NCBI GenBank assembly: GCA_041743285.1
Contig: JBGTNB010000304.1
Coordinates: forward strand, 1 to 50,313
Reading direction: 5' to 3'
DNA length: 50,313 nucleotides
From: Gemmatimonadaceae bacterium
Lineage (GTDB): Bacteria > Gemmatimonadota > Gemmatimonadetes > Gemmatimonadales > Gemmatimonadaceae
Shown: positions 1 through 7,985 of the stretch, one piece after another
Layout of the letters: each line of letters starts with the position of its first letter
Numbering within the stretch: the first letter of the stretch is position 1
Program-made: the position numbers and the translations under genes
Notes under the pieces: generated by a model
Seen by the model: the letters and a program-made list of their open reading frames with translations, nothing else
What the model was told of the DNA's origin: nothing
The model's database searches: none

Positions 1-144
1 CATATCACTAACGCGGTCACCGAAGGGCTGAATGCGAAAATCCAATGGATCAAGTATTCCTCGCGGGGGTTTCGAGACCGAGAGCGCTTCAAGCTCGCCA
101 TCATGTTTCACTGCGGCGGCCTCGATCTTGAGCCCCGCTCATAA
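1..144 (+). CDS. ISL3-family transposase, C-terminal fragment (5-prime end lies outside the window)
   Basis: Frame 1 reads HITNAVTEGLNAKIQWIKYSSRGFRDRERFKLAIMFHCGGLDLEPRS, then TAA at 142-144. The TN..EG.N.KI..IK....GFR....F pattern is the conserved C-terminus of DDE ISL3 transposases (from memory, no search). Confidence 0.6.
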   Translation, partial: HITNAVTEGLNAKIQWIKYSSRGFRDRERFKLAIMFHCGGLDLEPRS

Positions 145-249
145 GCCGTTGGTACGACTTACCCACTCGAAACCCTGAAGACCCCGAATTGTTAATTGAG
201 AATCAAGAATCGCGGAACGTCACTCTTCGGCTTTCTCGCCCTGCGCATT

Positions 250-548
250 TCGCATGATTCTCGCGGCGCACGCCGTTTGAGGATTGCAACTGCTTTTTAC
301 CACGGAGGACACAGAGGACACAGAGGACAACAGAGTGAACGTCAGGAAGAACCTTGCAAAAGAGAACAACCATAGGACAATTGCGTTCACGCGCGAGTAG
401 CTAGGCACAGTGTTAATCACCTCCGTGACCTCTGTGTCCTCTGTGGTTAATTTGCTTTTCTTTCCTTTCACTATTCATTGTTTTCTTGTTCGTGTTGTCT
501 GCCCTCTTTCGCATTTCGGCCTTCGCATCTCGTATCTCGCATCTCGTA
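250..548. repeat. Hairpin element, uninterrupted copy: conserved 5-prime flank, 30-nt GAGGACACA-repeat arms, ~90-nt loop, ~60-nt conserved 3-prime flank, CGCATCT-type heptad tail
   Basis: Arms 299-328 (ACCACGGAGGACACAGAGGACACAGAGGAC) and 418-447 (CACCTCCGTGACCTCTGTGTCCTCTGTGGT) pair at about 25 of 30 positions. The segment aligns by eye at roughly 80-85 percent with 37296-37586 plus 39565-39633. Confidence 0.8.
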
Positions 549-576
549 GCCGGTCTCTACCTCCTTCCCGACTCCC

Positions 577-1911
577 ATGCCCGTCTCCCGTCGAGATTTC
601 GTCCGTGATGCCGCGCTGTTTGGTGCCGGCATCACCATCGTTCCGCGCCACGTGCTCGGGCGTGGGTATCGCGCACCGAGCGACACGCTCAACATCGGTT
701 GCGTTGGCGTGGCAGGGATGGGCCGGCAAGATGTCAACGGTGTAAGCGGCGAAAATCTCGTTGCGCTGTGCGACGTCGACTGGCGCCATGCCGAGGGTAC
801 GTTTACCGCCTATCCAGGCCCCAAACGCTACAAGGATTATCGACAGATGCTCGAGCGTGAGTCGGGGATCGACGCGGTCACCGTTTCCACACCCGACCAC
901 ACGCACGGCGTGATCGCGATGGCGGCGCTGCAGGCGGGCAAGCACGTCTACTGCCAGAAGCCGCTTGCGCGCACGTTGTGGGAGGTTCGGGCTCTCGAGC
1001 GCGCGTCGTCGCAACGCCCGCGTCAGGCAACGCAGATGGGGAACCAGGGTCACGCCGGCGAAGGGACGAGGCAGATCCGCGAGTGGGTGGAAGCGGGCGC
1101 GATCGGCGCGGTGCGTGAGGTGCACTATTGGACCAATCGTCCTATCTGGCCGCAGGCGATTGACCGGCCGACCGATGCGCATAACGTGCCGAGTACGCTC
1201 GACTGGGCGCTCTGGCTAGGCCCGGCGCCGGACCGTCCATACCACCCGGCTTACGTGCCTTTTCGCTGGCGAGGATGGTGGGACTACGGAACCGGCGCGT
1301 TAGGGGACATCGCCTGCCATGCGATGGACGCGGCATTCTGGACGCTCGATCTCAAGTTTCCGACGCGTATCGAAGCGGAGTCGAGCCCGCTGTTCGCCGA
1401 AACGGCGCCGCGGACGTCGCGCATCACCTACGACTTCCCGGCGCGCGGATCGCGTGGGCCTATTACCGGCATCTGGCGCGATGGCGGACTCTCGCCGACT
1501 CGCCCGAGCGACGCGGATACGGCCACGTCGTGGCCGCCGCACGAGGATGGCGGCCAGCTCTGGATAGGCGACCGCGGCAAGCTGGTCGCCGGCATGTACG
1601 GTCAGAATCCACGGCTGGTCGACGCAGCGCGCGACAAGGAGTTGAAGGCGAGTCCGCCGCCGGTGAAATATCCGCGCGTGGAAAACGTCTATGCCGAGTG
1701 GATCGCTGCGTGCAAGGCGGGAACACAGCCGGGCTCCAGCTTCGCCGGCCATGCCGGCCCGCTCACCGAAATGGTGTTGCTGGGCAACCTCGCCGTCCGC
1801 GCCGCCCGGCCCATCGAGGTCGATCCGGAGACCGGTGCAGTGAAGACGGCGGGGATTCCGGAGACGTGGGTGAAGCCGGTGATGAAGGAAGGGTGGGGGA
1901 TGGCTGGGTGA
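577..1911 (+). CDS. Gfo/Idh/MocA family oxidoreductase with twin-arginine (Tat) signal
   Basis: 444-aa ORF. N-terminal SRRDFVRDAALFGAG Tat motif, then the Rossmann start NIGCVGVAGMG. Overall family-typical layout. Confidence 0.85.
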   Translation: MPVSRRDFVRDAALFGAGITIVPRHVLGRGYRAPSDTLNIGCVGVAGMGRQDVNGVSGENLVALCDVDWRHAEGTFTAYPGPKRYKDYRQMLERESGIDAVTVSTPDHTHGVIAMAALQAGKHVYCQKPLARTLWEVRALERASSQRPRQATQMGNQGHAGEGTRQIREWVEAGAIGAVREVHYWTNRPIWPQAIDRPTDAHNVPSTLDWALWLGPAPDRPYHPAYVPFRWRGWWDYGTGALGDIACHAMDAAFWTLDLKFPTRIEAESSPLFAETAPRTSRITYDFPARGSRGPITGIWRDGGLSPTRPSDADTATSWPPHEDGGQLWIGDRGKLVAGMYGQNPRLVDAARDKELKASPPPVKYPRVENVYAEWIAACKAGTQPGSSFAGHAGPLTEMVLLGNLAVRAARPIEVDPETGAVKTAGIPETWVKPVMKEGWGMAG

Positions 1912-1913
1912 TC

Positions 1914-2124
1914 GGGAATCGGGAATAAGGAATCGGGAATAGGAACCAGGAAATAGGAATTAGGAATTAGGAATTAGGAATTAGGGAAGGTACGCGGGCA
2001 GCCTTTCAGGCCGGCCGCATGGTTGTAAGAGATTGTCGGTCGGCGCTGTACTGCAAATTTCCCGATTCCATTCCCGATTCCCGATTCCCGATTCCCGATT
2101 CCCGCTTACCCTATTTCCTATTCC
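1914..2124. repeat. Inverted arrays of GGGAATC-type heptad repeats forming a long imperfect hairpin between convergent genes; probable bidirectional terminator
   Basis: Left array GGGAATC/GGGAATA/AGGAATC...GGAATTA x4 at 1914-1986. Right array CCCGATT x5 and relatives at 2058-2124. About 70 nt of unique loop lies between them. The arrays abut or overlap both stop codons (1909-1911 and 2111-2113). Confidence 0.75.
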
Positions 2125-3379
2125 ATCCCCACGTCCCCTTTGCCACCGCCGGGACGAACTTCTCCAGCTTCTTCGGCGGGTACTCGAGCGTCTTTCCCTC
2201 CTCCGCGCTCATGTAGGCGGTCATCAGCATCCTTACCACTTCCACGCCGTCGTCGAAGGTTAGGCGGGGCTCCTCCTTACCCAGGAAAACGCGGACGAAG
2301 TGACGGTCCTCGGCCTCGTAGCCGTAAGCGACCGGCTCGCTCGGTACGACCGGCATCACTCCCATCTCGGCGTTCTGTTTTTCGACGAGATCCTCGCCAG
2401 CCTTGCCGGTGACCTCGCGGCTGAAGAACACCTCCAGGCCACTGTCGAGCGAATTCCAGCGCATCGAGTACTCCGGGCCTAACACCTCGGCGGACAACCG
2501 AAGGCCGGCGCCGACGAAGCTCCACGAAGTCGTCGCCTCTCCGATCGCGACGCTTCCATCGGGACCCTCGAACTCGACGGTGAGAGCCGCAAAGTCCTCC
2601 GATGGCCGCTTGGTATAATCCACCTCCTTGCCCATGGTGTTTCGCAGCTGCTTGGCATAGGCGGGACGCGACCACTTGAGGCTCGCAATGTGACCGGTGA
2701 TGCGCACCGGCCGGAGCGTGGAAAGAGGTTCGCCGGGCGCGGTGAGCAGATGCCTCACGACCAGCGCCGAGTGGCACATCATGTCGTTGAGCACACCGCC
2801 ACCCTGAAGATCGCCTCGCCAGAACCATGGCGCGTGCGGGCCACTGTGCTCCTCGGCCGCGCGAGCAAGGTACGGGCGCCCGGCCAGTTTGGCGCCGCGC
2901 GCCCAAATCAACCGTTTGCCCTGCTCCACGTGCGGTGCGAACAGCTGGTTCTCCAGGTAGCCGTGCTTGAGCTCGACCTTCTTGACCATCTTCGTTACCG
3001 CCAGCGCCTCGGCGACCGTCCGCCCGAGCGGTTTCTCGCAGGCTACTCCGCGTAAGGCACCGGCGCGACCTACAGCGTCGACCATCTCCTCGATGTTGTC
3101 GATTCGGGCGTGATTCGGGCCGCAGATCCAGATTGCGTCTATGCCCGGGTCGGCCACCATAGCGGCGATCGACTTGAACGGCTTGGCCGGGCCGACGTCG
3201 AGCTTCCTGGCCATCGCCGCCGCGCTCTCCGCATTTTTCACAGTCGGCGAATAAATGCCGCGTACTTCCACGTCGCGCACGCCCACCAACGCCTGCAGGT
3301 GAAAGCGCGTGTTGAATCCGCTACCGATGAAGCCGATGCCGAGCATTTGAGTGAGGTGAGGGGTTAGGCCATGGACCAA
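2111..3379 (-). CDS. Gfo/Idh/MocA family oxidoreductase (cytoplasmic type)
   Basis: 422-aa ORF with N-terminal Rossmann motif LGIGFIGSGFNTRFH. The start may instead be the internal Met at 3346. The last codons (..WGWNRK) are encoded by the heptad array. Confidence 0.8.
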   Translation of the reverse strand: MVHGLTPHLTQMLGIGFIGSGFNTRFHLQALVGVRDVEVRGIYSPTVKNAESAAAMARKLDVGPAKPFKSIAAMVADPGIDAIWICGPNHARIDNIEEMVDAVGRAGALRGVACEKPLGRTVAEALAVTKMVKKVELKHGYLENQLFAPHVEQGKRLIWARGAKLAGRPYLARAAEEHSGPHAPWFWRGDLQGGGVLNDMMCHSALVVRHLLTAPGEPLSTLRPVRITGHIASLKWSRPAYAKQLRNTMGKEVDYTKRPSEDFAALTVEFEGPDGSVAIGEATTSWSFVGAGLRLSAEVLGPEYSMRWNSLDSGLEVFFSREVTGKAGEDLVEKQNAEMGVMPVVPSEPVAYGYEAEDRHFVRVFLGKEEPRLTFDDGVEVVRMLMTAYMSAEEGKTLEYPPKKLEKFVPAVAKGTWGWNRK

Positions 3380-3527
3380 GTGTCGTAAACAACGACCGGA
3401 GCAGCAGCAATTGCCGAAATATTCACAGGTGAGAGCGAATTTGGCGGATGAGACGGATTATTTCGTCTTCCACTCGCGATTCAGGCGGCGGCAACACGAA
3501 CCGGAATCGATCCACCCGTTCTGACCC

Positions 3528-4145
3528 TCAATCATATGCTACGCCGAGCTTGCGCAAAGCTTCAGGTGAACACCCGGTCCATTCCGGAACGAAGGTGTTA
3601 CCACGGAAGTCGAGATCCCGAAAGCCGATCGCGCTGGAAAAGAAGCCTGACGCGGTGAGATCCCTGAAACGATTGAAGAACGCGACACCATGCGACATCT
3701 CCGGACGCGCCTTATTGGGCCATGCGATGTCGTCCAGCAGGGCGCGGCGCTGGGCGTCAGTGGCCCGAACGAACCGCTGCCCGAATCGCTTGCGGGTCTC
3801 GGCGTCGATCCAGGCCAACCCGCCGCGAATGGCCACCTGACTCGCTGGATTGGCTTCGGCGTCGCTCATCATGAAGTCCATGAACTCCGGGACCTTGGCT
3901 TCGGTAGCGCTGCCCGAGCGAGCATCCTTCGGGATGATGTAATCGACGAGCATGTTCACCGTCTCCCACTCCTCGGCGGAGAAAAACTTTGGTTCCGCTG
4001 ATGGCGCACCGGAGGCGGCGGTGCGCTGGACCATTCGTGTGGCGCGCTCCGCTTGAGCGTCGCTCCAGTCGAGCGCCGGCAATACCAGCGCGGCGCCAGC
4101 CAGGCCCAGCGCCTCGCGTCGGGTGACTCCCGCATCGCCGCTCAT
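3528..4145 (-). CDS. Gluconate 2-dehydrogenase subunit 3-like small subunit (Tat signal)
   Basis: 205-aa ORF with TRREALGLAGAALVLPAL Tat motif. It overlaps the upstream GMC gene by 4 nt (4142-4145), the usual pairing for this family. Confidence 0.7.
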   Translation of the reverse strand: MSGDAGVTRREALGLAGAALVLPALDWSDAQAERATRMVQRTAASGAPSAEPKFFSAEEWETVNMLVDYIIPKDARSGSATEAKVPEFMDFMMSDAEANPASQVAIRGGLAWIDAETRKRFGQRFVRATDAQRRALLDDIAWPNKARPEMSHGVAFFNRFRDLTASGFFSSAIGFRDLDFRGNTFVPEWTGCSPEALRKLGVAYD

Positions 4146-5845
4146 AACGCGCCTGCCTTTCGCTGTTGGGTTATGTAATCACTCGTCCGCCAAGCCAGAG
4201 CCATGATCGTCCAGGTGGGATTCTTGTCGGCCTGCGAGACGAACGGCCCGCCGTCGGCGACGAGAACGTTCTTGCAATCGTGCGCTTGGCAATTCGCCGA
4301 TACGACGGATTTCGCGGGATCGGTCCCCATCCGCGTGCATCCAAGTTCGTGGATGATGCGCCCACCGGCGGCAATCCCGTAGCCTTGCTCCTTGGTGGGC
4401 ATTGGCGACCAGACTTCACCGCCCATGTCGGCGATCAGCGCGCGGAAGGTCTCCTGCATGTGCCGCACCTGATCGTACTCGTGATCGCTCCACTTCCAGC
4501 TGAAGCGCAGCACCGGAATACCGAACCGGTCGACCACCGTCGGATCGAGCTCGCAGTATGAATCAGCGTTAGGGATCATCTCGCCACGGCCGGAGAATCC
4601 GACGGTCGCTCCGTAGTAACGCCGATAATCGTTCTTGAGCTGCGCACCGTAGCCGCCGCCGGGCGGGTAGCGCTGAATTCCGCCCATGAAACCGTAGCTC
4701 GGTTGCCCGAGCCCGCCCCATACCTCGATGTGATAGCCGCGCGGAAAGTTCAGCGTCTTGTTGTCGAGCCACCACGGCATGTAGATGTGGGCTCCGCCAA
4801 CGCCCTGCTCGTTATGGGGAACGTGATCCATCATCGCCGGAATGAATCCGGCGACATCGGTGCCGGTGGTGTCGGTCAGGTACTTGCCGACCATTCCGCT
4901 GGAATTGCCGAGACCCTGCGGAAACCTGCTGCTCTTGCTGTTGAAAAGAATGCGCGCCGACTCGCATGCGCTGGCGGCAAGCACCACGACTCGTGCCTGG
5001 ATGTGCCTGTCTTCCCCGGTCGCCTTGTCTATGTAGTTGACGCCGGTCGCCAATCCGTTGGAGCCGACGGTCACTTCCCGCGCCATCGCATCGGTGTGAA
5101 TCGTAAGGCGGCCGGTCGCCAGCGCCGGAGTGAGAAGCACGCCGGGACTTGAGAAATTCGCGTTGACCTTGCAGCCACGGTAGCAGTCTCCGCAGTAGTG
5201 GCAGGCCGGCCGGCCATGCAGAGGCTTGGTCAGAATCGACAGCCGCGCCGGGATGCACTTCACCCCCAGCCGGTCGGCCGATCGCTTGACGAGCAGCTCG
5301 TAGCAGCGTGGACGCGGCGCGGGGAGGAACTTGCTATCCGGGTGGTTCCGCAGGTTCTCGCGGCTGCCGAAAATCCCCACCAGATCATCCACGCGATCGT
5401 AGTAAGGCGCCACGTCATCGTACGTTATCGGCCAGTTGTCGCCCAGACCATCGAGCGCTTGACCCTGAAAGTCGTCAGGCCCGAAACGCAGCGAGATGCG
5501 CCCCCAGTGATTGGTCCGCCCGCCGAGCATCCGGGCACGCCACCAATCGAACCGCGTTCCTGGTGCCCGCGTGTACGGCTCGCCTTCGATGTCCCATCCG
5601 CCGATGCAGGCATCGAATTCGCCGAACGGCCGTTCCCGGGTAGCGGCGCCGCGTCGGGGCGAGGCATAGTTCGGAACCAGCATCGCCGAATCGGTCGCGT
5701 TATCCCAAGGGCCGCCCGCTTCTAGCATAACGACATTGGCACCGGCCTGCGTGAGAGCGTACGCCGCGATGCCGCCGCCGGCGCCGGATCCGATGATGGC
5801 CACGTCGTACGTGGTGCGCTGGGATCTGAGAGGGAGAAGGGACAA
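4142..5845 (-). CDS. GMC family FAD-dependent oxidoreductase (large subunit)
   Basis: 567-aa ORF with FAD fold YDVAIIGSGAGGGIAAYAL and a GMC C-terminal region (GCTRMGTDP..). The only in-frame start upstream of the FAD motif is TTG at 5845. Confidence 0.85.
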   Translation of the reverse strand: MSLLPLRSQRTTYDVAIIGSGAGGGIAAYALTQAGANVVMLEAGGPWDNATDSAMLVPNYASPRRGAATRERPFGEFDACIGGWDIEGEPYTRAPGTRFDWWRARMLGGRTNHWGRISLRFGPDDFQGQALDGLGDNWPITYDDVAPYYDRVDDLVGIFGSRENLRNHPDSKFLPAPRPRCYELLVKRSADRLGVKCIPARLSILTKPLHGRPACHYCGDCYRGCKVNANFSSPGVLLTPALATGRLTIHTDAMAREVTVGSNGLATGVNYIDKATGEDRHIQARVVVLAASACESARILFNSKSSRFPQGLGNSSGMVGKYLTDTTGTDVAGFIPAMMDHVPHNEQGVGGAHIYMPWWLDNKTLNFPRGYHIEVWGGLGQPSYGFMGGIQRYPPGGGYGAQLKNDYRRYYGATVGFSGRGEMIPNADSYCELDPTVVDRFGIPVLRFSWKWSDHEYDQVRHMQETFRALIADMGGEVWSPMPTKEQGYGIAAGGRIIHELGCTRMGTDPAKSVVSANCQAHDCKNVLVADGGPFVSQADKNPTWTIMALAWRTSDYITQQRKAGAL

Positions 5846-5864
5846 TTTGGGGGTTGGGGGTTGA

Positions 5865-6069
5865 GGGTCGCGGGGGGTCAGGGGTCAGGGGTCAGGGGTC
5901 AGGGGTCAGGGGCTAGGGGTCAGGGGTACGAACCAAAGGTTCGAGATTATAGGACAGTGAATCATCCGGCCCAGGATGTCAAAAGGCGAGCGTCAATTCC
6001 TAACCGACGAATTCTCGACCGACCCTCCGACCCCCGACCCTCCGACCCTCGACCCTAGACCCTCGACCC
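5865..6069. repeat. Inverted arrays of GGGGTCA-type heptads (long hairpin) with a ~90-nt loop
   Basis: Left arm 5865-5928 (GGGGTCA x5 plus variants). Right arm 6016-6069 (CGACCCT/CGACCCC variants, the complement class). The loop contains ATAGGACA at 5949-5956, as do the loops at 371-378 and ~37516. Confidence 0.75.
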
Positions 6070-6075
6070 GGCATC

Positions 6076-6104
6076 ATTATACCGCAGGGGGGCGGCCTTG
6101 GCGA
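6076..6104 (-). promoter_or_regulatory. Candidate sigma-70 promoter reading toward the hairpin and the GMC operon
   Basis: On the minus strand: TCGCCA (6104-6099), 17-nt spacer, perfect TATAAT (6081-6076). This would place the whole hairpin in the 5-prime leader of 4142-5845. Confidence 0.25.
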
Positions 6105-6120
6105 CTTTCCTGGAGCTACT

Positions 6121-7911
6121 ATGACTGCACGACGCGCTTCGTCGGCTCTATGCAGGTACGGGCTCGTGTTGAGCCTGGTGGCGGTTTCGTCGCCGGCGGC
6201 GACTGACGCCCAGGAGGGCGCGGCCGCGCGCCTCCGGGCGGTCATGGCCGCGGAGTGGGAGTTCGAACTGCGCGAGAGCCCGCTCCTGGCCACGAGCGTA
6301 GGTGACCGGCGCTATGACGATCGCCTGCCGCACGTATCGCCAGCCGATTATGCGCGGCGCCGCGATACTCTGCAGGCGTATATGCGACAGCTCGCTTCGA
6401 TCGACCGGAGCCCGCTCGATGCCGCCGACCGAGTGAGCGCGGCGATGCTAGAGGAGCGTTTGCGCATTGCGCTCGGAGAGATCGAGGGTGGCGAGGAGCG
6501 AATCCCCATTCTTGCCGATGCGGGTTTCCATATAGGGCTGGCCCGGCTGCCGTCCTATCAACCGCGGCAGACCATTCCCGAGGTGGAGAGATATCTCGCG
6601 CGGTTGCATGACGTGCCGCGCTACTTTCGCGAGCACATCGCCAATATGCGACGTGGAATGCGCGACGGGTTCACAATGCCTCGCGTGGTTCTGGACGGCT
6701 ACGAGGTGACCATCGCCTCCCACGTGGTGTCGGATCCCGATAGCAGTCTATTCTTCGAGCCCCTCACCAAGCTGCCCGCACAGATTCCGGAGGCCGAGCG
6801 CTCGCGGCTCCAGGAAGAAGCGCGAACGGTCATCCGGGACAGTGTCGTCAACGCCTATCGAGAGTTCCTGACGTTCATGACGCGGGAATACATTCCGGCG
6901 ACCCGCACCACGACGGCGGCGCACGACCTGCCGGGCGGTGAGGCGCATTACCTGCGGCAGATACTCAAGTACACGACTCTCCCGCTCACCGCAGACTCGA
7001 TCCACGTCATCGGGCTCTCGGAAGTGGCGCGCATCGAGAGCGAAATGGCCGAAGTCATGCGCCGTGTGAACTTCACCGGTACACTGGCGGAGTTCATCCG
7101 AATGCTGCGGAGCGAACCACGGTTCTATGCGAAAACGCCTGACGAACTGCTGGAGCGCGCCTCGTGGATCGCCAAGCGGATGGATGGCAAGCTGCCATCG
7201 CTGTTCCGGACGCTGCCGCGGCAGCCGTACGGCGTGGAGCCGGTGCCGGCTCACCTGGCACCCAAGTACACGGCCGGACGCTACGTCGAGGCGCCGCCGG
7301 GCAGTCTGGAGTCGGGCACGTACTGGGTGAACACCTACAATCTTCCGAGCCGTCCTTTTTATACGCTGGAGGCGTTGACGCTGCACGAAGCCGTTCCCGG
7401 GCACCATCTCCAGGTCGCCCTTTCGCGTGAGCTCGGGGAGCTGCCCGAATTCCGGCGCAATACGTATATCTCGGCCTTCGGTGAGGGGTGGGGCCTGTAC
7501 GCCGAGCGGCTTGGGCTGGAGGCGGGGTTCTATACCGATCCATACAGCGACTTCGGGCGCCTGACGTTCGAAATGTGGCGTGCCTGCCGGCTGGTGATCG
7601 ATACCGGGTTGCATACGAAGGGTTGGACTCGGCAGCAGGCGATGGAATATCTGGGATCGCGTACTGCGCTATCGCTTCACGAAGTCGGGACGGAGACCGA
7701 CCGGTACATCTCGTGGCCAGGGCAGGCGCTGGCGTACAAACTCGGCGAGCTGACAATCCGGGGACTGCGAGATGAAGCGGAGGAGGCACTCGGCAGCCGC
7801 TTCGACATCCGGGAATTCCATCACGTCGTCCTGCGCAACGGCTCGATACCGTTGCCTGTGCTCGAGGCCGAGGTTCGTACGTGGATCGCGGAAATGAGGC
7901 AGCGGTCGTGA
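6121..7911 (+). CDS. DUF885 domain-containing protein (secreted)
   Basis: 596-aa ORF with an N-terminal signal-like segment and the HEAVPGHHLQ motif typical of DUF885. Confidence 0.8.
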   Translation: MTARRASSALCRYGLVLSLVAVSSPAATDAQEGAAARLRAVMAAEWEFELRESPLLATSVGDRRYDDRLPHVSPADYARRRDTLQAYMRQLASIDRSPLDAADRVSAAMLEERLRIALGEIEGGEERIPILADAGFHIGLARLPSYQPRQTIPEVERYLARLHDVPRYFREHIANMRRGMRDGFTMPRVVLDGYEVTIASHVVSDPDSSLFFEPLTKLPAQIPEAERSRLQEEARTVIRDSVVNAYREFLTFMTREYIPATRTTTAAHDLPGGEAHYLRQILKYTTLPLTADSIHVIGLSEVARIESEMAEVMRRVNFTGTLAEFIRMLRSEPRFYAKTPDELLERASWIAKRMDGKLPSLFRTLPRQPYGVEPVPAHLAPKYTAGRYVEAPPGSLESGTYWVNTYNLPSRPFYTLEALTLHEAVPGHHLQVALSRELGELPEFRRNTYISAFGEGWGLYAERLGLEAGFYTDPYSDFGRLTFEMWRACRLVIDTGLHTKGWTRQQAMEYLGSRTALSLHEVGTETDRYISWPGQALAYKLGELTIRGLRDEAEEALGSRFDIREFHHVVLRNGSIPLPVLEAEVRTWIAEMRQRS

Positions 7912-7985
7912 TTGCTGTCCCCGAACCGCAGATCGCGCATCATGCCGGTGGGCCACTGTATAAATGGCGGCGATTCACTGATAGC

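Noticed and set aside
401-420. Sigma-54-like GGCACA-N5-TAAT in the loops of the two paralogous elements (also ~37546)
   Set aside because: The -12 element lacks the required TTGC/GC core, so it does not fit the TGGCAC-N5-TTGC consensus.
220-471. 83-aa minus-strand ORF crossing the hairpin element (paralogous ORF at 37339-37686)
   Set aside because: The ORFs are created by the stop-free repeat arms (SSVSSVSSV / EDTEDTEV). Differences between the two copies are not biased to synonymous positions, and the reading frame is not maintained outside the loop. I treat the region as non-coding.
5861-6058. Short ORFs made of repeat units (5861-6058, 5976-6206, 2019-2263, 7987-8433)
   Set aside because: Their sequence is dominated by translated heptad or tandem repeats (GQGSGVRGQGSG, RFPIPDSRFP, ICDICVICGSC). 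They have no start context and overlap inverted-repeat arms.
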